Positions 1 to 8,362 are shown, counted from the stretch's first letter. The stretch is 64,000 bases of DNA from an uncultured Coriobacteriia bacterium (GCA_949879855.1 CATLBX010000001.1:82-64081); one strand, 5' to 3'. Made by a program: numbers and translations. The notes: generated from the letters alone by a model not told the origin.

Positions 1-2
1 CG

Positions 3-614
3 CGCGATGTAATTTTGCGTGGCAAGATTCGCAACGAGGCCGCATTTCGCCGCGTCTTAGCATTCGTAATGGAAAACGTCGGCAACCAAACTTCCGCCCT
101 GTCCATCGAGCGCGCCCTCAAAGGTGGCGGCCATACCGTACGCTCAGAGACCATAGATAATTATCTTTCCCTCATGGAAAAGGCGCACTTGCTTTACAAG
201 TGCGAGCGCTACGATTTGCGCGGCAAAGAGCGCCTGCGCACAAACGGCAAGTACTATGTCGTGGATACAGGCCTGCGTAATCGCACGATTGGCCTCAAAG
301 ACTCGAACCGCGGGCATGTCACGGAAAACACAGTCTTTCTCGAGCTCCTGCGGCGCGATTACGAAGTGAACGTCGGGACGTTTCCCAACGCCGAAATCGA
401 TTTCGTCGCCCAAAGGGGAAGTGAGAGGCTCTACATTCAAGTTTGCGAGACGCTCATGGATCCCCAGACTTTTGAACGCGAACTGATGCCCTTCTCGAAG
501 CTTGACGATGCGCACCCGCGCATACTCATCAGCAAGGATAGCGAAGATTATGCCCGTGATGGGGTACGCCACATCAACCTTTACGATTTCCTGCTCGGGG
601 AGCCGCTGGGCTGA
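3..614 (+). CDS. AAA+ ATPase, C-terminal DUF4143-type region (5' end cut by window edge)
   Basis: The frame is open from nt 3 with no upstream stop. Motifs such as KYYVVDTGLRN and EIDFV are typical of the C-terminal part of COG1373/DUF4143 ATPases. Confidence 0.6.
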   Translation, partial: RDVILRGKIRNEAAFRRVLAFVMENVGNQTSALSIERALKGGGHTVRSETIDNYLSLMEKAHLLYKCERYDLRGKERLRTNGKYYVVDTGLRNRTIGLKDSNRGHVTENTVFLELLRRDYEVNVGTFPNAEIDFVAQRGSERLYIQVCETLMDPQTFERELMPFSKLDDAHPRILISKDSEDYARDGVRHINLYDFLLGEPLG

Positions 615-616
615 AT

Positions 617-699
617 AAGACAAATTACCCTAGGTAATTTGTCTTACGATACTCGTATCGCGCCAAATGAGACAAATTCCTCTGTGTAATTTGTCTCAT
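617..699. repeat. Two AT-rich palindromic hairpin elements (AAGACAAATTA-N7-TAATTTGTCTT at 617-645; ATGAGACAAATT-N9-AATTTGTCTCAT at 667-699)
   Basis: Read directly. They lie between two convergent genes. A third copy is at 2412-2444. Confidence 0.8.
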
Positions 700-765
700 C
701 GAATGACGGGGCCGGGAGGATGTCCTCCAGGCCCCCGCCTGTCAGCGCTAACTTGTGGATGTGGC

Positions 766-2241
766 CTACTTCACAGCGACCGCGTACCAGCCGACGTTCT
801 CGTCGCGCCAGCCGATGGAGACGAGGCTGTTGTGCTCGTCGAGGCTCGTAGTGTAATTGTGCGAACCGGAGTTGTTGGTGGGGGCGCTGGGGTCGACGTT
901 GGGGTTGAACTGGCGGTACAACGGCACCGTCTCGGCGTCGTCGGAATACCACGCGATGCCCTCGGGGTTGTCGCCCTCGATCCTCCATCCGGCCTTCACG
1001 AGCTCATCGCGCTCGAAGGCGCTCATGGTGTAGTGGTGGTCGGTGCCCGAGTACAGGCGGTACACCGGCTTGGAGCTCGCCTTGGGGGCGATCCAGCCCA
1101 CGCCCTCGTCGTTCCAGCCCGACGCGACGACGGAATCGCGCTCGAACTCGCTGGCCGTGTAGAAGTGCTCGCCGGAGTTGGGATTGTAGAGACGGTACAT
1201 GGTCTGGGCCTCGATGCCGGTGTCCTCCATGGCGAAGGCCGACAGGCTCGTGACCGTGAAGCTCACGTAGCCGTCGCGCGCGACGCTCCTGATCTTCTCG
1301 ATGCCGTCGCCACCGCGATGGTGGTGCACGACGATGATGTGGTCGTTGTACTTAGCATCGATGGGCAGCGAGATGGTCAGCTCGCCGAAGCCGTTGCTAA
1401 CAGACTGACCGTTCACTCGCATGCCAACACTGTAGACATCGCCGATGCGACGCTCCCCAATCGCCTGGTCCAGACCGTAGTAATAGGCACTTGAGGAATC
1501 TTCTATCCCTGTCATGACCTCGATTGCGGCGTTTGAAGGCACATTGGGACCCCGCAAGTTGCCCTCCGCACGGATGCCCGTATCACCGCTCACGGTGATG
1601 CCTGGTTGAGTTGGCTCTGTAGGGGTCGAGGGCTCTGAAGGATTGAGCTCTTCGAGGATAACTACCAAATCTTTCTCGGTTTCCGGGCTGGAATAGCCGC
1701 CCAATCCTTCATCGTACCAGTTGTTTTCAAGTAAGTAATCTCGTTCGGAAACAGCTCTCGTGAAGTAATGGAAGCCGGTATCAGGATTGTAAAGACGATA
1801 CACCGGCACACTTTGGGAGTTATCGCGCGCACTGTATCTGAAGCCCCTATCTTCCCATCCTTGCTGCACCAATAAATCGCGCTCCTCGGGTGATGATGAG
1901 AAGTTAAACGCTCCATCCCGAGGATTGTATACATTGTAGAAAAGCTCGGTGCTCGACTCGACCTCGCCCACATATTCCCAACCGAGGCTCACGTACATGT
2001 CGCGCTCTTCTGCGACGGGCGTGTAGTAATACTTGTAGCCATCGAACATGGAGGGCTTGCGCAGGCTGAAGACGGTGTCAGCATCGGGCATCGCGTACTC
2101 GACCTTCTGGTACTTGTGCAGGTCAGGCGCCTCCTCCGCATAACCCTGCGGCGCCACGAGCACCATCGTACACACGAGCACGAGGGAAAGCGCGATGGCC
2201 AATACGCTCCTTATGGATGTGGTGAGAGAGTTTTGCTTCAT
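766..2241 (-). CDS. Secreted surface protein with multiple ~40-aa YRLYNPNxGEHFYT...GW..EG..W repeats (DUF5648-like, putative cell-wall binding)
   Basis: N-terminal signal peptide (MKQNSLTT...APQGYAEE). Repeats are present at both ends of the 491-aa ORF. Confidence 0.8.
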   Translation of the reverse strand: MKQNSLTTSIRSVLAIALSLVLVCTMVLVAPQGYAEEAPDLHKYQKVEYAMPDADTVFSLRKPSMFDGYKYYYTPVAEERDMYVSLGWEYVGEVESSTELFYNVYNPRDGAFNFSSSPEERDLLVQQGWEDRGFRYSARDNSQSVPVYRLYNPDTGFHYFTRAVSERDYLLENNWYDEGLGGYSSPETEKDLVVILEELNPSEPSTPTEPTQPGITVSGDTGIRAEGNLRGPNVPSNAAIEVMTGIEDSSSAYYYGLDQAIGERRIGDVYSVGMRVNGQSVSNGFGELTISLPIDAKYNDHIIVVHHHRGGDGIEKIRSVARDGYVSFTVTSLSAFAMEDTGIEAQTMYRLYNPNSGEHFYTASEFERDSVVASGWNDEGVGWIAPKASSKPVYRLYSGTDHHYTMSAFERDELVKAGWRIEGDNPEGIAWYSDDAETVPLYRQFNPNVDPSAPTNNSGSHNYTTSLDEHNSLVSIGWRDENVGWYAVAVK

Positions 2242-2411
2242 CTGCCGTTCCTTTCCCTAGAGAGAAGACATGCAGTGATTGTCGCCCCCCCCCCCGAGCA
2301 TAGTCAACGGTTACGAGGCAACGTCTGGCAGACGGCAGATGAAGGTCATGCCATTTTGAACGGAACGGCCAGCTAAAATGACAAGGAATCGGGACCTCAT
2401 GACCGTCAGCA

Positions 2412-2444
2412 AATGAGACAAATACCCTGTGTATTTGTCTCATT
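2412..2444. repeat. Third copy of the AT-rich hairpin element (AATGAGACAAAT-N9-ATTTGTCTCATT)
   Basis: Lies 9 nt downstream of the stop of the 2453-2686 gene. Its loop shares CTGTGT with the 667-699 copy. Confidence 0.8.
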
Positions 2445-2452
2445 AAAGCTCC

Positions 2453-2686
2453 TCACCCGATCTTCGGGGCGCGGGCGAGGAAGAAGCGGCAGTTGTGGCA
2501 GTTCTCCTTGCGGGCAACGCTGAAGTCCACGTCGTAGGCGTCGAGCATTTCCATGGCGCCGGCGCGCTCGTACCAGCCGCAATCGCAGATCGTGTTGATG
2601 CAGTCGCGCGGGCAGATGCCCGTGGCGTCGTGCGGGCAGTCCTTCGACATCGCCCCGTGGCAACCCCTATCTTCCCAGCAGCGCAT
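2453..2686 (-). CDS. Small Cys-rich protein (N-terminal RCWEDRGC motif reminiscent of CW-type Cys-rich domains)
   Basis: 77-aa ORF with 11 Cys. It starts 8 nt after the transporter stop and is co-oriented, so it is probably the last gene of the operon. Confidence 0.5.
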   Translation of the reverse strand: MRCWEDRGCHGAMSKDCPHDATGICPRDCINTICDCGWYERAGAMEMLDAYDVDFSVARKENCHNCRFFLARAPKIG

Positions 2687-2694
2687 CTCTCACC

Positions 2695-3897
2695 TCAAAA
2701 GCCGAGCACGGTCATGACCAGACAGCCTATCGTCAGCACGAACACTACCACGATGAGCACCCAGATGAGCACGGTGAGCAGACGGCGGTTGGTATACGCG
2801 CGCATGACGTGGCGGTCGGAGAGGATGAGCACCATGAAGACGAGCAGCACGGGCAGCAGCACACCGCTCACGAACTGCGCGATGAGCATGATGCTGATGA
2901 GGCTCACGTCGGGGATGAGCGTCACCACGACGCCGATGACGATCATGGCGGTATAGATGCCGCGAAACGCGGGGGCGTCGTTCCAGCCCCGGTCCACGCC
3001 GCGCTCCCAGCCGAACGCCTCGCAGATGGCACTCGAGGCCACGAGCGGGACGACGCAGGCGGCCAAGAAGCTCGCCGCGACGAGGCCGACGCCGAAGAGA
3101 ATCGTGGCGTATTGCCCGGCAATGGGGGTGAGCGCCGTTGCGGCGGCGGCCGCGCTATCCACGGCAATTCCCTGCGGATACAGAACGGTGCCCGTCGTGA
3201 TGATGATGAAGCCCGCGACGGCGCACGCGACGATCGCGCCGCCGATGGCATCGATGCGCTCGAGGGGAAGCTCGTCGGGTGTGACGCCCTTGTCCACGAC
3301 GTTGTTCTGCGTGAGGAAGATCATCCAGGGCGCGATGGTGGTGCCCACGGTGGCAATCACAAGGCTGATGAAGCTGGGATTGTTCTCGAAGTGGGGAATC
3401 ACGAGGGACAGGCCCACCTCGCCCCAGTTGGGCTGCGCGAGGAACGCCGCGACGATATAGGTCACGAACACGCAGCTGATGGCGAGGAACACCTTCTCGA
3501 CGCGCTTGTAGCTGCCTCCCATGACCAACAACCACACCACGACACCGGCAACGGGAACCGCGACGTACTTGCTCACGCCGAAAAGCTCCATGCCGGCGGC
3601 GATGCCCGCGAACTCCGAAAGCGTGGCGGCACCGCTCTCGATGAGCACGGCGATCATGGCCAACGCGGTCAGGCGCACGCCAAACTGCTCGCGGATGAGC
3701 GATGCGAGGCCCTTGCCCGTCACCGCGCCCATGCGCGAGGCGCCCTCCTGCACGATGGCGAGCATCACCATCATGATGGGTATAATCCACAGGGTCCCGT
3801 AGCCGAACTTGGCGCCGATGGTCGAATACGTCGAGATACCGCCGGCGTCGTTGCCCGCCATGGCGGCGACCACGCCGGGGCCGAGCGCCGCGAGCAC
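2695..3897 (-). CDS. NRAMP/SLC11-family transporter of the NRMT (NRAMP-related Mg2+ transporter) type
   Basis: About 11 TM segments. The helix-1 motif is NDAGG instead of DPGN. The helix-6 motif is GTTIAPW instead of GA..MPH (Asn->Gly, Ala->Thr, Met->Ala), the substitutions described for Eggerthella lenta EleNRMT. GTG start directly after an in-frame stop. Confidence 0.8.
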   Translation of the reverse strand: MLAALGPGVVAAMAGNDAGGISTYSTIGAKFGYGTLWIIPIMMVMLAIVQEGASRMGAVTGKGLASLIREQFGVRLTALAMIAVLIESGAATLSEFAGIAAGMELFGVSKYVAVPVAGVVVWLLVMGGSYKRVEKVFLAISCVFVTYIVAAFLAQPNWGEVGLSLVIPHFENNPSFISLVIATVGTTIAPWMIFLTQNNVVDKGVTPDELPLERIDAIGGAIVACAVAGFIIITTGTVLYPQGIAVDSAAAAATALTPIAGQYATILFGVGLVAASFLAACVVPLVASSAICEAFGWERGVDRGWNDAPAFRGIYTAMIVIGVVVTLIPDVSLISIMLIAQFVSGVLLPVLLVFMVLILSDRHVMRAYTNRRLLTVLIWVLIVVVFVLTIGCLVMTVLGF

Positions 3898-3987
3898 GAT
3901 GAGGACGCGGTTCCACTAGCGCGGGGCAACCATGCCCTGCTGCGAATCCCTGAGCTCTGTCAGCCTCTCCTACGTCACGGCACCACC

Positions 3988-5325
3988 CTAGCTGTTGAGC
4001 ATGAAGATGAGCACGCCGATGACGATGAGCAGCGCGACGATGATGCCGATGACCCACGGGCTCGAGATGGAACGCTGCTGCAGGTCCTCCTCGTGCTCCT
4101 CCTCCATGACGTCCATGGCGTCGTCGATGGTGACCACGCCCAGGATGACGCCCTGCTCGTCGACGACGGGAAGAGCGAGCAGGTCGTACTTGGCGATCAT
4201 CTGCGCGCATTCCTCCTGGTCAAGATCGGGATGCACGGTGATGAGCTCCTTGGTGCTGATCTCGTCGAGCGGTGTGTCGGGCTTGGCGATGACGAGGGTG
4301 CGCAGGCTGAGCACACCCGTGAGCACGTCGTTGTCGGACACGAGGTAGAGATAGTGAATGCTCTCCTGGTTCTCGTCCATCTGGCGTATGGCCTCGACCG
4401 CGTCCGCCACGGTCAGGTCATCGTTGACCGTGAGGAAGTCGGTGGTCATGATGCCACCGGCCGACTCCTCCTTGTAGCCGAGCAGCGAGCGCACCGAGGC
4501 CGACTCCTCGACGCCCATGAGACGCAGGAGTTTCTCGGCCTTGTCGTAGGGCAGGTCGCCGATGATGTCCGCGGCGTCGTCCGGATCCATCTCGTTGAGG
4601 ACGGCGGCGCCACGGGTTGTGGTCATGTCCTCGATGACATCGGCCTGGAACTCGTCCTCGAGCTCGGCCACCGCGTCTGCCGCCTGGCCGGCATCGAGTT
4701 TGTCGAAGACCGCCTGACGATGCTGCGGCTCAAGCTGCTCGATGATGTCGGCGACGTCGGCCGGATGCATGTCATGCAGGCGCTTGTGGCTCACCGAGAG
4801 CTTGATCTGCGACATATCGCGCTCGATGAGCTCCATGTAGTTCCACGCGATGAGGCGTTCCTTGAGCGGGTGGCCAAAGGCGGTGGCAACGGCGTTTACC
4901 GCCTTCTCGAGATGCGGGGATATGCCGAAGAGCAACCCGCGGACGCCTGTCTCGGCGCCGAGCAGGCGCAGCCCCGCCGGGCTGTCGGAAAGCTTGAGGT
5001 CATTGACGCGCACGACCTTCATGCCCTGCGTGTCGACAATCTGCTTGTCGAGCAGGTCGCGGGCGAGCAGCACCTCGTCCGGTTGCAGGTAGGAGAAACG
5101 AATGTCAGAGGAGGAGACGTTGAGACGTACGCAGGTGCCGTCGTAGCTATCCACATATTTGCGCCAGGAGATCATGAACGGGGTCTTGCGTGGGCCGATG
5201 AAGGCCAACGAGGTGACGCGGGGGAAGACCTCGCCCGTGGCGATGGCCAAATCGCTGATGGCACCGATCTGCTCGCCGTCCTTGTCGAAGACGGGCTGCT
5301 TGAGAATCTGACGCAGGTAGATCAT
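3988..5325 (-). CDS. PRC-barrel + MgtE N-domain + CBS-pair protein with a single C-terminal TM helix (MgtE-like cytosolic sensor module lacking the MgtE pore)
   Basis: N-terminus LKQPVFDKDGEQIGAISDL (PRC barrel). HPADVADIIEQL...DAADIIGDL (MgtE_N). GGIMTTDF... plus a second CBS. Ends WVIGIIVALLIVIGVLIFMLNS. Confidence 0.75.
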   Translation of the reverse strand: MIYLRQILKQPVFDKDGEQIGAISDLAIATGEVFPRVTSLAFIGPRKTPFMISWRKYVDSYDGTCVRLNVSSSDIRFSYLQPDEVLLARDLLDKQIVDTQGMKVVRVNDLKLSDSPAGLRLLGAETGVRGLLFGISPHLEKAVNAVATAFGHPLKERLIAWNYMELIERDMSQIKLSVSHKRLHDMHPADVADIIEQLEPQHRQAVFDKLDAGQAADAVAELEDEFQADVIEDMTTTRGAAVLNEMDPDDAADIIGDLPYDKAEKLLRLMGVEESASVRSLLGYKEESAGGIMTTDFLTVNDDLTVADAVEAIRQMDENQESIHYLYLVSDNDVLTGVLSLRTLVIAKPDTPLDEISTKELITVHPDLDQEECAQMIAKYDLLALPVVDEQGVILGVVTIDDAMDVMEEEHEEDLQQRSISSPWVIGIIVALLIVIGVLIFMLNS

Positions 5326-5513
5326 GCAGGTGGACTCCTCTATTCATACCTGTGCGCCACGCGAAAAGACGATGCGGGTGCGACCCGCGCGATGATGCTA
5401 TGCGTGGCGAAACGACGGCCCCACCGGGCCGCCTAGAGGAGGTCCGGAAAGGCTAACTACTGTGAGGTCGGGGTTTCACAGAGTTCCTTTCTTCTGGACG
5501 ACAAAAAAGCGTC
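5326..5513 (-). promoter_or_regulatory. About 190-nt structured leader/promoter region of the Mg-transport operon
   Basis: Minus-strand hairpins CGGCCC-GGTG-GGGCCG and GCGGGT-CGC-ACCCGC followed by a T-rich tract, nested in CGCCACGC...GCGTGGCG. No riboswitch class was recognised. Confidence 0.3.
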
Positions 5514-5608
5514 TGGCGGAGAGCTGGGGATTCGAACCCCAGATAGGGCTATCTAACCCTATACTCGCTTAGCAGGCGAGCGCCTTCAGCCAACTCGGCC
5601 AGCTCTCC
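5514..5608 (-). tRNA. tRNA-Ser (anticodon GCU), type II with long variable arm, encoded CCA
   Basis: Manual cloverleaf: acceptor GGAGAGC/GCTCTCC, anticodon loop CT-GCT-AA, T-arm TGGGG-TTCGAAT-CCCCA. Confidence 0.9.
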
Positions 5609-5674
5609 GTGCCAATTCGACGCAAATCGGAATGATAGCACAAACGACGGGTGGTGAAACACAGCGCGTTCGGG

Positions 5675-6067
5675 CTAGTCGAGCGGATTGCCCGGATGAG
5701 CGGCCGCTTGCATGCGGACCCACGCGACGCGCTTGGCCTCCGAATCGTCAAGGCACGTGGCAAAGCCGGGCACTGCGACAAGCGTGTAGCCCGTGACGCG
5801 CGCGGGCACGTCCGGGGAGAAAGCCTGCGCGTCAAGGGCGAAAGCCGTGCGCAGGGCATCAATGGAGGCATCGTCAATGGCGATGACCGCCCAGGGGTCG
5901 GTCTCGAAGACGAAGTGCCTGGGCTCGTCCACGTCGGCAAGCTGCACGATGGCGCAACCATCCGCGTAGCCAAGCGCCCGGGCGGCGGACTGCAAGGCAG
6001 AGGCCACCCGCACGTCGACGGGCAAGCTCGCGAGCACGACGAGCGTGGTGTCCTGAGCCTGCGTCAT
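5675..6067 (-). CDS. Hypothetical protein (130 aa)
   Basis: ORF with host-like codon usage. No recognisable motif. Confidence 0.45.
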   Translation of the reverse strand: MTQAQDTTLVVLASLPVDVRVASALQSAARALGYADGCAIVQLADVDEPRHFVFETDPWAVIAIDDASIDALRTAFALDAQAFSPDVPARVTGYTLVAVPGFATCLDDSEAKRVAWVRMQAAAHPGNPLD

Positions 6068-6075
6068 GGGAAGGA

Positions 6076-6327
6076 CTAGACGGCGGTGACGGTCACGCCC
6101 GTATCGGCGTCGTCACGCTCGATGGCGTCTTGCGCCTCGGTGAGCATCTCGCGCACGTTGTCGAGCTCCATCTGGATCTTCTGGAGCTGCATGGCAGTGC
6201 GCTCCATCTGGCCGTCGGACGCGAGGTGGTACATGCGGTGCGTCCAGCGCCTCGTGAGGGCGACCGTCTCGTCAATCTGGTTGACCGTATCCTTGAGTTG
6301 CTGGGTGTTCACGCCGTTTGCGCACAT
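6076..6327 (-). CDS. Hypothetical small helical protein (83 aa)
   Basis: ORF 9 nt upstream of the 5675-6067 gene on the same strand. Confidence 0.4.
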   Translation of the reverse strand: MCANGVNTQQLKDTVNQIDETVALTRRWTHRMYHLASDGQMERTAMQLQKIQMELDNVREMLTEAQDAIERDDADTGVTVTAV

Positions 6328-6416
6328 GGTTGACCTCCGATTGTGTTCACACGTATTGCGGAATCATAGCACGTCATGTCATGTGAGGGGCATGCGGCAA
6401 AGGGACGGTCCCATTC

Positions 6417-6478
6417 TGTCATTTCGAGCGAAGCGAACGCAGTGAGCGAAGTCGAGAAATCTCGATCTTGACCGCGAC
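6417..6478 (+). repeat. Intergenic repeat, type A (TGTCATTTCGAGCGAAGCGAACGCAGTGAGCGAAGTCGAGAAATCTCGATCTTGACCGCGAC)
   Basis: A near-identical copy in inverted orientation is at about 62527-62585. Related type-B copies are at 53457-53577, 54773-54810 and 62432-62510. Confidence 0.85.
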
Positions 6479-6743
6479 ACCCCCTATCATTCCGAGCGTG
6501 ATAGGCAAAACGATGGAGAGCGGCAAAAACCCACCAGTTGTGACACATCTCACATGCCCTGTTGGCAAAAACGGCCACGTTATGACCCATCATGCGGGCC
6601 ACAACGTGCTCATTCTTGCCAAATATGGGTCACAAGAACTGCTTTCATGTCAGTCTATGGGTCACAAACCCCTAATCCTTGCCAGCAACGCATTTTCGGT
6701 CGGGATGACAAGGGGTCCTGCGGTTGCTCGGTCGAAATGACAT

Positions 6744-6771
6744 TTGACATGCTCGGCTGCGGTGGTATTAT
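6744..6771 (+). promoter_or_regulatory. Sigma-70-type promoter of tRNA-Arg (TTGACA-N16-TATTAT)
   Basis: -35 TTGACA at 6744-6749 and -10 TATTAT at 6766-6771. The tRNA starts at 6786. Confidence 0.6.
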
Positions 6772-6785
6772 GTTCAGGCTTCATC

Positions 6786-6862
6786 GGGGCATTACCTCAG
6801 CTGGATAGAGGGACTGACTACGAATCAGTACGTCAGGGGTTCGAATCCCTTATGCCCCACCA
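6786..6862 (+). tRNA. tRNA-Arg (anticodon ACG), encoded CCA
   Basis: Acceptor GGGGCAT/ATGCCCC, anticodon loop CT-ACG-AA, T-arm AGGGG-TTCGAAT-CCCTT. Confidence 0.9.
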
Positions 6863-6870
6863 TGAAACGC
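6827..6870 (+). other. attL core (AGTACGTCAGGGGTTCGAATCCCTTATGCCCCACCATGAAACGC)
   Basis: Identical to 47256-47299. Identity breaks on both sides. Confidence 0.85.
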
Positions 6871-6873
6871 GCA

Positions 6874-6903
6874 GGCCAGAGGCTATCGTCTCTGGCCTTT
6901 TTT
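6874..6903 (+). terminator. Intrinsic terminator after tRNA-Arg (GGCCAGAG-N8-CTCTGGCC-TTTTTT)
   Basis: Hairpin plus T-run. A diverged counterpart follows attR at 47302-47334. Confidence 0.75.
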
Positions 6904-6907
6904 GTTG

Positions 6908-6925
6908 CTGGCACAAAATTGGCAC
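6908..6925 (+). promoter_or_regulatory. 18-bp motif CTGGCACAAAATTGGCAC, candidate integrase arm-type site (copy 1)
   Basis: An identical 18-mer is at 47134-47151. Both lie just inside the prophage ends and would flank attP in the circular form. Confidence 0.4.
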
Positions 6926-7055
6926 CAAATAACTCAACTCGTGACTTTTTATGCAAAAAGCGGGGCGCCTTTAGGCGCCCCGCTATCTTGTCTGCAAGAC
7001 AAAGTAGAGCAGCGACGAGACGCCCTAACTTATACGATTTCGCGATTCGTATAAG

Positions 7056-7934
7056 TTAGTCAGCGGCTTGCCATGCGATTCCCTCATTGGTCCATCCTGC
7101 GTCTACGAGCGCGGACCACTCGGACTCGTCAGCCGTGAAGTGATGCGCCCCCGTGTTCGGGTTGTAGACGCGGTAGACGGGTTTGCCATAACGCATGTCG
7201 GCGAATGTGACGGTCTCGGCAGTCCATCCTGCCTTGACGAGGTTGCTGGCCTCGTCGTAGTTCACCGTGTAATGGTGCTGGCCAGCGTTTGGATTGTAGA
7301 GACGGTACACGACACTGCCTCTGTCTGCCCCCATGAATGCCACGCCCTCCCGACTGTAGTTCTCAGGAAGCGCCTCGTATTCTGCCTCCGATGCAGTCAA
7401 GAAATGGTCGTCGGTGTCTGCGCGGTAGGCGCGGTAAACCGGGTAGGTTCCGGTGGGAATGTCTATGCGTATCAAGTCGCCCTCCTTCTCGGTGTTGGGA
7501 TATAGGCCAACAACTTCCTCGAACGGGAAGTTATCGCCCGGACAGTTGGTATCGAGCACGTCCTTATGCCTCAGAACGGTCTCGATGCCGTACTTGGCCT
7601 TGAGCATCGTTATGAGGTCTCGTCCAGCCAAGATTTGCGTCTGCGGCATCTTTTCGCGCATGTAGTCGCCCTCGAAGCAGATTCCGATGCTGTCGTAGTT
7701 ACTGCCCTCGGCGTGCGCTCCGATTGCCCATTCGGGTCGCATCGAGTAGACGGTGCCGTCCTTGCGCACGAGGAAGTGGTAACCCGCTCCGGCCCATCCC
7801 CTGCCCTCGACGTGCCAGCGCTGGATGTCCTCGGGCGACGCGGTAGATGCCTCGGCGTGGTGGACGATGATCCGATTCGTCGCGCTCCTGCGAGACAGCG
7901 AGCCAAACGGCAAGTTCGCGTCAATCACTCGCAT
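7056..7934 (-). CDS. Endolysin: N-acetylmuramoyl-L-alanine amidase (Amidase_2/PGRP type) + C-terminal YRxYNPNxGxHxxT wall-binding repeats
   Basis: N-terminus IIVHHAE...GAGYHFLV...GAHA...NCPG. The C-terminal half has three repeats of the same family as the host surface proteins. Confidence 0.85.
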   Translation of the reverse strand: MRVIDANLPFGSLSRRSATNRIIVHHAEASTASPEDIQRWHVEGRGWAGAGYHFLVRKDGTVYSMRPEWAIGAHAEGSNYDSIGICFEGDYMREKMPQTQILAGRDLITMLKAKYGIETVLRHKDVLDTNCPGDNFPFEEVVGLYPNTEKEGDLIRIDIPTGTYPVYRAYRADTDDHFLTASEAEYEALPENYSREGVAFMGADRGSVVYRLYNPNAGQHHYTVNYDEASNLVKAGWTAETVTFADMRYGKPVYRVYNPNTGAHHFTADESEWSALVDAGWTNEGIAWQAAD

Positions 7935-8362
7935 GGTAGATCACCAACCTCAGTGCCCTTGGCAATCGCTTCGGAGCTCATCGCGTCATCGCGCTTGGCA
8001 AGCGTCCTGATGACCGGAAGCTTCGCGATGTCAGGATTGAGCACGCAGAGGTTCTCGACGATGCTGACGATCTCCGTGAGGACGATGAACGCGCACACGG
8101 CGGTGACCGCCGGAATCTCGGGCGCCGTCATGCCGATGCCGAGCTCTGCCACCTCGAAGTTGATGTAGACGGTCGCGACCTCGTAGGCGGCGGCCAGGGC
8201 TATGAGACCGAAGTACCCCGCCTTGTGCCACAGGCCCTCGCGCAACTTGACGCTGTTGATGTCCCTGTCCTTTGCCGCCGCGGCGACTCCACTGATGATG
8301 TCGAGCACCATCATCACCGTGGCAATCGCTATGGGATGCCACGGTATCTCGAATCCGAACAT
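7925..8362 (-). CDS. Holin (phage holin, multi-TM)
   Basis: 145 aa with 3-4 TM segments and a charged C-terminus. Overlaps the endolysin start by 10 nt. Confidence 0.75.
   Translation of the reverse strand: MFGFEIPWHPIAIATVMMVLDIISGVAAAAKDRDINSVKLREGLWHKAGYFGLIALAAAYEVATVYINFEVAELGIGMTAPEIPAVTAVCAFIVLTEIVSIVENLCVLNPDIAKLPVIRTLAKRDDAMSSEAIAKGTEVGDLPCE

Noticed and set aside
2809-5436. 875-aa + strand ORF (and similar long ORFs at 667-1494, 3155-4210, 12719-13786, 25948-27222, 51514-53346, 57691-59376, 59012-60523 and 60238-61824)
   Set aside because: These are shadow ORFs typical of high-GC DNA. They lie antisense to, or out of frame with, genes that have clear domain content. Their products are low-complexity (Arg/Ala/Gly/His-rich) with no motifs.
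5326-5513. M-box (Mg2+) riboswitch upstream of the Mg-transport operon
   Set aside because: I could not find the conserved M-box core sequences by eye, only generic hairpins. It is kept as a low-confidence structured leader pending a covariance-model scan.
6908-6925. TGGCAC-N5-TTGC sigma-54 promoter reading of CTGGCACAAAATTGGCAC
   Set aside because: The -12 element would be TGGCA rather than TTGC(A/T). The identical 18-mer recurs at the other prophage end with no gene to drive. An arm-type recombinase site is the better explanation.
6309-6932. Several 60-100-aa ORFs in the region upstream of and across tRNA-Arg
   Set aside because: They overlap the intergenic repeat, the tRNA promoter and the tRNA itself. 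They show no RBS or motif support and have atypical composition.
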